NCBI GenBank assembly: GCA_037442745.1 | Contig: JBBIPP010000017.1 | Location: 1-15,145 of the forward strand | DNA from: an archaeon | Lineage (GTDB): Archaea > SpSt-1190 > DYHY01 | Direction: 5' to 3' | Length of the DNA stretch: 15,145 nt | In this document: positions 7,945 through 15,145 of the stretch, piece by piece | Numbering within the stretch: the first letter of the stretch is position 1 | How the letters are laid out: each line of letters opens with the position of its first letter | Program-made: the position numbers and the translations under genes | The notes under the pieces: model-generated | What the model was told of the DNA's origin: nothing | The model's input: only the letters and a program-made list of their open reading frames with translations | Databases searched by the model: none

Positions 7945-8060
7945 CCCCCTAGTGCGATATTCCTTTAGGGGAGATTGCCGGCAAATTTTTTTCTCCGGGA
8001 TTCCCGGGTGGCGCGCCCGGCGCTGGCGATGGGAATTTCGAGCAATGGAGAAAAGAAAGA

Positions 8061-9012
8061 ATGGCAAATGAAAAGAACGGCAAAAAACTGTTGAAGGGAA
8101 AAAGAAGACGGCAGTCCTCCTTTTTTCGGGGGGTCTCGACACTTCGACTATTGCCAAATGGCTCGGTTGAAAATGGCTGGGAAATCGCGACCATCGCTCT
8201 CGATGTCGGCCAGCAGGATGACCTGAAAAAGGTTCCCGCGCGGGCGAAGGAGTGAGGAGCGAAGAGCCACCTGACCCCTGACGTCAAAAGGGAGTTCGTT
8301 TCCGGCTATGTTGTCCCGGCAATAAAGGCGAACGCCCTCTATCAGGGGATATATCCGGTCGGGACTTCGATTGCAAGGCCACTTATGGCGAAAAAAGCGG
8401 TCGAATTCGCAAGTAAAATTGGCGCAACCGCAATTGCGAACGGATTCACCGGCAAGGGAAACGATCAGGTGCTCTTTGACATTATCAAGTCCCTTGCTCC
8501 TGAAATGGAGATTTTAGTTCCTGTCAGGGAATGGAACATTGGCCGGGCTCCACGGAATAGGCAGGCTCGACCATATGGAGGACAGGGTAGTTGGCTTGAA
8601 AAGCAGGGAAGTCTACGAATATCCCGCGGCAACTGTTCTCATTTCCGCCCATAAGGACCTCGAAAAATTCACAAACACCGCTTCAGTCAACAATTTCAAG
8701 GAAGCAGTTGATTCCAAATGGGCATATCTTGCATATTCGGGTCTCCGGACAGAACCTTTGATAGACGCCCTGAACGCATTCGTAGATTCGGTGAATTCCA
8801 AGGAAACGGAGGTTGTCCGGGTAAAGCTCCACAAGGGGCACGCCTCAATTGTCGGGAGGAAGTCGAAGAACGCGATATATGAATACAACCTTGCCAGCTA
8901 TAACATTGACAGCAAATTCGACCAGAAAATGTCAGTCGGGTTCATAGAACTATGGGGGCTTCAGACAAGGATGGCGAACTCAATCAAGAGTCCAAATAAC
9001 CAGAAGAAATAA
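8061..9012 (+). pseudogene. argG: Argininosuccinate synthase pseudogene
   Basis: Signature motifs are spread over three frames: KKTAVLLFSGGLDTSTIAKWL (8102-8164), DVGQ...PAIKANALYQG.YP..TSIARPL...TGKGNDQV...PVREWN (to 8537) and AGLHGIGRLDHMEDRVVGLKSREVYE (from 8539). There are frameshifts near 8099-8103, 8165 and 8538, an in-frame TGA at 8253-8255, and a missing central block. Confidence 0.95.
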
Positions 9013-9038
9013 AACAAGCAATTCCTGGCGGACTTAAA

Positions 9039-10460
9039 ATGGCAACAACTTACAATAGTAAGAAGAAGACGCGCCTTTGGGGAAACCTCCACGAGAAAGA
9101 GACGTCCGAACACGTCCTCTTTTTCCTCGGTGGACGGGACTGCCTCCCGTTCCCTGCGCTAGACTCCTTCCTGAAGGAGGAGGAAATTGCCGGGTCAATT
9201 GCCCATGCCCGAATGCTTGGGGAAACCGGGATAATTCCGAAAGAAGAGGCTGAGGAAATAATATCAACTCTCTTGGAAAAGCAGTTCGCGGAGGAACTGA
9301 GAATAACCCCCGAGGTTGAAGACGTCCATACTGCCCTTGAACTCCTCTTGACTGAGAAAATCGGGGAGCCGGGGAAAAAGCTCCACACTGCTAGGAGCCG
9401 AAACGACCAGATTGCGCTCGACACCCGGCTCTATATAAAAAAGCAGATCGGGGAATACACGCTCCTTTTGAAAAGGCTCATAAATTCCATCCTTGAGAAA
9501 GCCGATGCCGAGAAAGGGACTCCAATGCCGGGATATACCCATCACAGGAGGGCAATGATAACTTCCTTTGGGCATTATTTGTTAAGCGTTGCAGTTGCCC
9601 TTGAGCGGGACTTGAAGAGTCTCTATTACTGGAATGAACTATATGACGAGAGCCCGCTAGGCGGGGCAGCTGCATATGGGACGGCCTTTCCGATTGACCG
9701 GGAAATGACTGCCGGGGAATTGGGATTCAGAAGGCCGACGGAATCCTCGCTTGACCCAATACAGACAAGATGGGAACCTGAAGCGCATTTTATCTATTCC
9801 CTTGCATCAATAATGAACCACCTATCCTCCCTTTCCCAGACTCTGATAATATTCGCTTCCCCCGAATTCGGATATCTCGCGCTCCCCGACGAATACTCGA
9901 CAGGAAGCTCGATTATGCCCCAGAAGAAGAACCCGGATTTTTTGGAGCTGGTCAAGGGCAAGAGCTCGCTTGTGAACGGCTTCCTCGCAACCCTTCTCTC
10001 TGAAGGCCACTCCCAGTTCATTGGATATAACAAGAACGGGCAGGTCGCAAAGCAGGCCCTGATGGAAGCGGTATTCGAGACAAAAGGCGCTCTTGCCCTC
10101 TATCCTGACCTGATAGAGAAAATAACCCCTGACAGGAAGAGGATGAAGGATGAATCGGGAAAACATTTCATAACTGCCACGCATTTTCTCGAGCAATATG
10201 TCTCAAAGACAGGGACCGATTTCCGGACAGCGAAGGGGACAATCGAGCTTGCAGTGAAATATTCCGAAAAGGAGGGCGCGGAGAAAATAACCTATTCAGC
10301 GTTCAAGAAGGCTGGAGGAACCCGGCTCTCGAAAAGCGAAGTCAGGGCTTTCCAGGATCCGGCAAAAATACTATTCTCCTACAAGTCCTACGGAAGCCCG
10401 AACCCTCGAATCCTCTCCTCCCAGATAAGGGCAATGAGGGCAAGGATTGGGGGGAAATAG
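9039..10460 (+). CDS. argH: Argininosuccinate lyase
   Basis: RLWG start, EDVH, KLHTARSRNDQIALD, MPGYTH, SPLGGAAAYG and the fumarase-superfamily signature STGSSIMPQKKNPD. It is full length at 473 aa and adjacent to argG. Confidence 0.96.
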   Translation: MATTYNSKKKTRLWGNLHEKETSEHVLFFLGGRDCLPFPALDSFLKEEEIAGSIAHARMLGETGIIPKEEAEEIISTLLEKQFAEELRITPEVEDVHTALELLLTEKIGEPGKKLHTARSRNDQIALDTRLYIKKQIGEYTLLLKRLINSILEKADAEKGTPMPGYTHHRRAMITSFGHYLLSVAVALERDLKSLYYWNELYDESPLGGAAAYGTAFPIDREMTAGELGFRRPTESSLDPIQTRWEPEAHFIYSLASIMNHLSSLSQTLIIFASPEFGYLALPDEYSTGSSIMPQKKNPDFLELVKGKSSLVNGFLATLLSEGHSQFIGYNKNGQVAKQALMEAVFETKGALALYPDLIEKITPDRKRMKDESGKHFITATHFLEQYVSKTGTDFRTAKGTIELAVKYSEKEGAEKITYSAFKKAGGTRLSKSEVRAFQDPAKILFSYKSYGSPNPRILSSQIRAMRARIGGK

Positions 10461-10461
10461 G

Positions 10462-11157
10462 ATGGGCTCAGAAGGGGATACTGAACGGCTCTATTACGCC
10501 GACTTTTACAGAAAGGAATTCTCCGCAAGGGTAATTGAAATCTCCGGAAATTCGGTTGTCCTTGACAAGACCTGCTTTTTCCCGGAAGGAGGAGGGCAAG
10601 CCGGGGATTCTGGGACAATCCATGGCAGGCGCGTCCTCTCCACAATTAAAGAGGGGGCGGAAATCCTGAAAATTGGAGGAGAGGAAATACCAGTTGGCGG
10701 AAAAATATTCCATCTTCTCGAAAGCCCTCCGAATTTTCGGACGGGAGAAGAAGTCTCCTGCTCAATTGACTGGGAGAAAAGATTCTCGACAATGCGCCTG
10801 CATTCGGCAAGCCACATAATGGAGCATTTCCTCCTAAAAGAGTTCCCCGGAATTGTCCGGCTCGGTTCAAAGGTCGATTTTCAAAAGGACAGGGGGACTT
10901 ATGGAAGCGAAGAGAAATTCCCCCAATATCGCCTGAAAAAAGTCGAGGATGCAATAAATTCCTTCCTTTCAAGGAAACTTGAGATACGGACATTTCCAAG
11001 CACAGAGCACCATCTTTTAAGAATCTGGGAGTGCGAGGGAATTAGTATGTTCTGCGGGGGGACGCATGTGAAAAACACCGGGGAAATCGGGAAAATCCGG
11101 CTAAAGCGGTCAACCAAAGGCGCGGGAAAGGAGCTAATCGAGACCTTTCTCGCCTAA
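10462..11157 (+). CDS. alaX: AlaX-type (AlaX-M) trans-editing protein for misacylated tRNA(Ala)
   Basis: TERLYY, VVLDKTCFFPEGGGQAGDSG, MRLHSASH (HxxxH) and CGGTH (CxxxH) zinc site. ATG 10462 follows the argH stop by 1 nt. Confidence 0.93.
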   Translation: MGSEGDTERLYYADFYRKEFSARVIEISGNSVVLDKTCFFPEGGGQAGDSGTIHGRRVLSTIKEGAEILKIGGEEIPVGGKIFHLLESPPNFRTGEEVSCSIDWEKRFSTMRLHSASHIMEHFLLKEFPGIVRLGSKVDFQKDRGTYGSEEKFPQYRLKKVEDAINSFLSRKLEIRTFPSTEHHLLRIWECEGISMFCGGTHVKNTGEIGKIRLKRSTKGAGKELIETFLA

Positions 11158-11162
11158 AAGGC

Positions 11163-11196
11163 AAAGCGCCACGCTTTCAAGTGATTAATTTAAATA
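11163..11196 (+). promoter_or_regulatory. Short inverted repeat followed by the TATA box of the pilus-assembly operon
   Basis: AAAGCG-CCA-CGCTTT at 11163-11177. TTTAAATA at 11189-11196 ends 23 nt before ATG 11220. Confidence 0.55.
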
Positions 11197-11219
11197 TCGA
11201 GAACTCGGGACTATCCCGA

Positions 11220-11513
11220 ATGTCAGAACAGCCGGCCTCCCCCCCGAAGAGGGACGCTCTCCTAATATCCACCCAAGTGGACGCATTCCTCTCACAGATA
11301 AGGAAGGAAGGGAAAATCTCCCTCCAGAAAATTGCGGGAGACTTGGGAATAACCGAGGAGGTTGCCGAGCATTGGGCGCTAGTTCTTGAGAAAAAGTCCC
11401 TACTGAAGCTGATTTATCCAGAGAACCCCTTCGACAAGCCATTTGTCCGGGTTCTCTCCGAAATTGAGAAAAGGAAGGTTGAAGATGAGAGGAAGAAGGG
11501 AGTGAAAAGATGA
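11220..11513 (+). CDS. Small winged-helix-like protein coupled to the pilus ATPase
   Basis: FLSQIRKEGKISLQKIAGDLGITEEVAEHWALVLEKKSLLKL fits a wHTH pattern. ATGA overlap with the ATPase start. Confidence 0.7.
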   Translation: MSEQPASPPKRDALLISTQVDAFLSQIRKEGKISLQKIAGDLGITEEVAEHWALVLEKKSLLKLIYPENPFDKPFVRVLSEIEKRKVEDERKKGVKR

Positions 11514-13078
11514 TTCCCAAGTCCCCCCTGCCAGAAATTCTCTCAACAATTAAGACCTACTCCCTCGAATCCGAAGGGGTTCCGGCGAATGTCGCAATTG
11601 TCAAGACGCGCTCTGATTTCGTCCCAAGATACCTTATCTCAATACCGAAGCTCGGGGAAGGAACGCGGGCGGTAATGGAAGAGGTTGAAGCCCGCCTTCT
11701 TGCGGCAGTCGAAATAAAGCTAGAGGAAGCAATTGACACAGCTTCAATTGAGAGGATAAAGGCGAACTTCAGGGAAAAGGCGGACATTATTCTCTCGAAG
11801 GAGCTACCGGGCCTTTCCGAGAGGGAGAGGAAAATACTCTCAGGCCTTCTGATCCATCAGATGCTAGGTCTCGGAAACGTCGAGTTCCTCCTGAATGACG
11901 ATGGCCTTGAGGAAATTGTTGTGAACCACGCGGGGGAACCTGTCTGGGTATTCTACAAGCAGATTGGCTGGCTGAAAACGAACGTAATTCTTTCAACTGA
12001 ACAGCAGATTGAGAACTATTCCGAATTGATTGGAAGGAGGGTAGGCCGCCAGATTACAGTTCTTTCCCCCCTAATGGATGCCCACCTCACTACCGGGGAC
12101 AGGGTCAACGCAACCCTTTTTCCAATTTCCTCGAAAGGCAACACAATAACAATCCGTAAGTTCAGGAGACGGCCCTGGACAATAACCGACCTTGTCGGGA
12201 ACAACTCAATTACATATGAGGCGGCAAGCCTTCTTTGGCTCGCAATGCAGTACGAACTTTCGTTCATTGTTTCTGGGGGAACCGGTTCCGGGAAGACAAC
12301 TGCCTTAAACATGCTCCTATCGTTCGTTCAGCCGAACCACCGGGTGCTCTCAATTGAGGACACTAGGGAACTAAACCTCCCAGATTTCCTCCACTGGGTC
12401 CCATTGACAACAAGGGAGCAGAACCAGGAAGGAAAGGGGGAAGTAACAATGCTAGACTTGATGGTGAACTCCCTCCGTATGAGGCCCGACCGGATAATTC
12501 TCGGGGAAATAAGGCGACAGAGGGAGGCAGAAGTCCTCTTCGAGGCAATGATGACTGGCCACTCCGTCTATTCAACACTTCACGCGGACACTGCCGAGCA
12601 GACTGTTCGGAGAATTATCAGCCCGCCAATTTCAATTGCCCCATCAATGCTCTCCGCCTTGGACCTGATTATTGTGATGTTCAGGGACAGGCGACGTGGG
12701 ATTAGGCGGACCTTTGAGATAGCTGAAATCCTCCCCGACGAGGGAAAGGATGGGAGCTCAGGAGTCAGGGCAAGGACCCTTTATCGCTGGAAGCCGAGAT
12801 CTGATGCAATTGAGCCGGTTGACAAGAGCATTGTCCTCTTCGACAAGCTCTCAATGCATACAGGCCTCTCCCTTCGGGAAATTGACGAGAATCTGGTTGA
12901 AAAACAGCAGGTCCTGAAATGGCTCTGCTCCGGGAAAATAATTGACATAAATTCAATCGGCAGGCTAATTAGCGCCTATTACATTAACCATAATGAGCTC
13001 GTGTCAGCCTCCCAGTCCGGGAAGACTCCTTCCGACTTTCTCGGGCTAGACGAGCCAGATAAGGAGGCGTCGGGATAA
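11510..13078 (+). CDS. Type IV pilus / type II secretion assembly ATPase (TadA/CpaF/VirB11 family)
   Basis: LLNDDGLEEIVVN, ITIRKF, Walker A GGTGSGKTT, Asp box SIEDTREL, LRMRPDRIILGEIR (Walker B) and His box GHSVYSTLHA. Confidence 0.97.
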   Translation: MIPKSPLPEILSTIKTYSLESEGVPANVAIVKTRSDFVPRYLISIPKLGEGTRAVMEEVEARLLAAVEIKLEEAIDTASIERIKANFREKADIILSKELPGLSERERKILSGLLIHQMLGLGNVEFLLNDDGLEEIVVNHAGEPVWVFYKQIGWLKTNVILSTEQQIENYSELIGRRVGRQITVLSPLMDAHLTTGDRVNATLFPISSKGNTITIRKFRRRPWTITDLVGNNSITYEAASLLWLAMQYELSFIVSGGTGSGKTTALNMLLSFVQPNHRVLSIEDTRELNLPDFLHWVPLTTREQNQEGKGEVTMLDLMVNSLRMRPDRIILGEIRRQREAEVLFEAMMTGHSVYSTLHADTAEQTVRRIISPPISIAPSMLSALDLIIVMFRDRRRGIRRTFEIAEILPDEGKDGSSGVRARTLYRWKPRSDAIEPVDKSIVLFDKLSMHTGLSLREIDENLVEKQQVLKWLCSGKIIDINSIGRLISAYYINHNELVSASQSGKTPSDFLGLDEPDKEASG

Positions 13079-13079
13079 G

Positions 13080-14015
13080 ATGGCCGAGGGAAAACCGGCA
13101 ATTGCCCAAAAGAAGAAGCCTTCCCAGAATTCCGCAAACTATACAATGAGGTTCGACCCGGCAGTCCTGAAAATTTCAAAGAAATTCCTCGGAATTGCCG
13201 AAGTCTTCGAGCGGACAAACCCTTCTCTGAAGCTGACAATAATGCAGGCGGAAATGGGGCTTTCCGCACGGGAATATCTTGCATATTCCCTCGTTCTCTC
13301 AATTGGAACGGCAATCCTCCCGTTCATTGGACTTGTTCCTATTGCGGGGACGCTCTTCGGCTGGGAGGTGAAAACGTTCCTCCTCCTCTTCCTCCTCTCC
13401 ACGTTCCTCGGATGGTTCCAGTTCAACTATTTCCTCCTTCTCCCAAAGCTCTATGTCGGAAAGCGGGCAAAGGAAATTGACAAGGATTTGCTCTTCGCCC
13501 TCCGCCATCTCCTGATAAAAATACGCTCAGGGATTACGCTTTTCGAGTCAATGAAGGGTATTTCAAAGGGAGGATATGGCCTAGTTTCCCTCGAATTCGG
13601 CCGGATTGTCTCCGAAATCTCCGCCGGAAAGGGGGAGGTCGAGGTATTGGAGGATTCCGCATATCGGAACACTTCAGTCTATTTCAGGCGCGCTCTCTGG
13701 CAGATTTCCTCATCAATGAGGGCGGGAGCGGACATTGGGAACACTCTCACGAACATTGTCGGGAACTTGTCCGCTGAGCAGAGGATTTCAATCAGGAAAT
13801 ACGGGAGCGAGCTCTCGCCTCTTGCCTTGGGCTATATGATGATAACAATAATTATTCCGACCTTGGGAGTTTCAATAATGATTGTCCTCTCCCAATTGAT
13901 GTCCTCCCTTTCAATAGGGAAGCCGATGTTCGTAATTGTCTATTTCATTGTGCTGATGTGCCAGTATTTCCTTATCGGGGTAATCAGGACAAGGAGGCCA
14001 GCAATTGATGTCTGA
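13080..14015 (+). CDS. TadB/TadC-type (T2SS F family) pilus assembly membrane protein
   Basis: Two pairs of TM helices flank EIDKDLLFALRHLLIKIRSGITLFESM...YGLVSLEF...SMRAGADIG. It directly follows the ATPase. Confidence 0.92.
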   Translation: MAEGKPAIAQKKKPSQNSANYTMRFDPAVLKISKKFLGIAEVFERTNPSLKLTIMQAEMGLSAREYLAYSLVLSIGTAILPFIGLVPIAGTLFGWEVKTFLLLFLLSTFLGWFQFNYFLLLPKLYVGKRAKEIDKDLLFALRHLLIKIRSGITLFESMKGISKGGYGLVSLEFGRIVSEISAGKGEVEVLEDSAYRNTSVYFRRALWQISSSMRAGADIGNTLTNIVGNLSAEQRISIRKYGSELSPLALGYMMITIIIPTLGVSIMIVLSQLMSSLSIGKPMFVIVYFIVLMCQYFLIGVIRTRRPAIDV

Positions 14016-15051
14016 TAACAAGCCCCCCAAAATCCGCTCCCCTTCGAGCGAATTCGTGAAAAGAATTTGCATAACTCTCGGGAAACTCGCGCCCCCGAAA
14101 TATATCCTGAGAATTGCAGAGCTCCTCAGGTATTCGGACATTGAGGCCGAGCCGACAATACTCGTTGGAACAGGCCTTTTCTACGGGCTTGTTGCTAGCC
14201 CAATTCTGTCCCTTTTTGCGACAATTGTATTTTCCCTGAACAATCTCTTCCTCCTTCTCCTTGTCCCGGCATCCTTCTTCTCATTACAGGCTGGAATCTA
14301 TCTCTATCTCTATTACACAATGGACAGGAAGGCGCAGTTCTGCGAGAACCTTCTTCCCGATGCCCTCCAATTGACTGCATCCCATATCAGGGCGGGGCTC
14401 ACCCCGGACAAGGCTCTTCTGATGTCTGCCAGGCCGGAATTCGGGATTCTTGAAACTGAGCTGAAGCTCGTAGCAAAGCAGTCCGTTACCGGAACTGATC
14501 TCGCATCCGCAATTCTCGGAATGAACCAGAGAATAAACTCGTCCCTTGTGAAAAGGACAACCTCCCTAATTGCAGAAGGGATAAAATCTGGAGGGGAATT
14601 GGCAACGCTTCTTGAGGAGACTGCGGAGGACATCAGGAACGCCTCAACTCTCCGGGCGGAAGTGAGAAGCCAGGTAATGATGTATGTTATTTTCATTTTC
14701 CTCGCAGTGGGGATTGGCGGGCCAGCTCTCTATGCAATTTCGACCTTCCTTGTCGAGAGCATGGGGAGGATTTCAGGGGGGATAGACCCTGGAGCATTCA
14801 CCTCGGATGTCTATTCAAAAAGCCCGATAAAATTCGCCCAGCAGTCAATTCCAATTGATTTCATGATCCAATACTCTATTGTCAGCATAATAACTTCCGC
14901 CCTTATTTCCGGAGTCACCTTATCGTTGATTGAGGGTGGAAACGCGAAAAACACCTTGAAATACGCCCCGATTCTCGTTTTGGTGGGTTTGATTGTTTTC
15001 CTTGCAACAAGGGCATTTGTTTCCGGAAGTGTTGGAAGCATTATACAATAA
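14008..15051 (+). CDS. Second TadB/TadC-type (T2SS F family) pilus assembly membrane protein
   Basis: LPDALQLTASHIRAGLTPDKAL...RPEFGIL...EGIKSGGELATLLEETAEDIR with multiple TM helices. It overlaps the previous stop. Confidence 0.93.
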   Translation: MSDNKPPKIRSPSSEFVKRICITLGKLAPPKYILRIAELLRYSDIEAEPTILVGTGLFYGLVASPILSLFATIVFSLNNLFLLLLVPASFFSLQAGIYLYLYYTMDRKAQFCENLLPDALQLTASHIRAGLTPDKALLMSARPEFGILETELKLVAKQSVTGTDLASAILGMNQRINSSLVKRTTSLIAEGIKSGGELATLLEETAEDIRNASTLRAEVRSQVMMYVIFIFLAVGIGGPALYAISTFLVESMGRISGGIDPGAFTSDVYSKSPIKFAQQSIPIDFMIQYSIVSIITSALISGVTLSLIEGGNAKNTLKYAPILVLVGLIVFLATRAFVSGSVGSIIQ

Positions 15052-15068
15052 TGCCTCTGACTGGTAGT

Positions 15069-15096
15069 AAAGTATATAAACAAGAAAATCGGGACT
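15069..15096 (+). promoter_or_regulatory. Minimal leader/promoter upstream of the right repeat
   Basis: AAAG-TATATAAA (TATA at 15073-15080), then CAAGAAAATC-GGGACT. It shares ACAAGAA and GGGACT with the left leader. Confidence 0.6.
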
Positions 15097-15125
15097 GTTG
15101 AAACCCTCCTAGAAAATGACTGAAA
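15091..15125. repeat. Right arm of the perfect 35-bp inverted repeat (partner 1-35)
   Basis: Exact reverse complement of 1-35. Confidence 0.99.
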
Positions 15126-15145
15126 GGAATATCCGGCCGAAGCCG
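15097..15145 (+). CRISPR. CRISPR-type repeat (15097-15126) plus the first 19 nt of a putative spacer (15127-15145)
   Basis: GTTGAAACCCTCCTAGAAAATGACTGAAAG is 30 nt with an archaeal-type end (8-nt handle ACTGAAAG). It is followed by unique sequence GAATATCCGGCCGAAGCCG up to the window edge. Confidence 0.72.

Noticed and set aside
8099-8166. Programmed frameshifting that rescues argG
   Set aside because: It would need several shifts plus readthrough, and a central block of the enzyme is physically absent.
8253-8255. In-frame TGA (also 8069) as stop-codon recoding or selenocysteine
   Set aside because: TGA ends genuine genes here (3838, 4734, 11513), the position is not a conserved Cys or Trp, and the gene has several other lesions.
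11510-15051. Archaellum (flaI/flaJ) operon
   Set aside because: Two separate TadB/TadC-type genes and no archaellin, FlaH or FlaF/G point to a pilus system.
158-15083. Numerous short antisense or alternate-frame ORFs in the track (e.g. 568-852, 9050-9424, 14313-14696, 7949-8287, 3222-3434)
   Set aside because: They overlap well-supported genes or the argG pseudogene, have atypical composition and show no motifs.
1-15125. Terminal inverted repeats of a transposon, casposon or linear replicon
   Set aside because: No transposase, integrase, Cas1 or polymerase gene is present, the cargo is ordinary chromosomal genes, and each arm has a promoter firing outward.
15116-15145. ATG ACT GAA AGG... 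as the start of a downstream gene (and ATG at 10 on the minus strand)
   Set aside because: Both ATGs lie inside the identical 30-mer, which has CRISPR repeat form. Paralogous gene starts cannot be excluded without flanking sequence but are less likely.

Overview
Archaeal DNA, probably from a DPANN-like lineage (inferred from gene content and from TATA boxes about 23-26 nt before start codons). Most of the window is a split type IV pilus locus. Five co-oriented genes with class III (pilin-type) signal peptides lie at 3416-7907, and a wHTH-like gene, an assembly ATPase and two TadB/TadC-type membrane proteins lie at 11220-15051. Between them sit a multiply disrupted argG pseudogene, an intact argH and an AlaX-type tRNA editing gene. 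The left part carries an Lrp/AsnC-type ligand-binding domain, a membrane DsbA-family protein, a small CxxC-CxxC protein and two hypothetical proteins. The ORF track misses the most striking signal: bases 1-35 are the exact reverse complement of 15091-15125. The shared sequence is GGGACT plus a 30-nt archaeal CRISPR-type repeat (GTTGAAACCCTCCTAGAAAATGACTGAAAG). Both copies point outward, each lies just downstream of its own TATA box in a very short intergenic space, and no cas gene is recognisable between them. Only one repeat per side is visible, so I cannot tell full arrays from solitary repeat/guide units.
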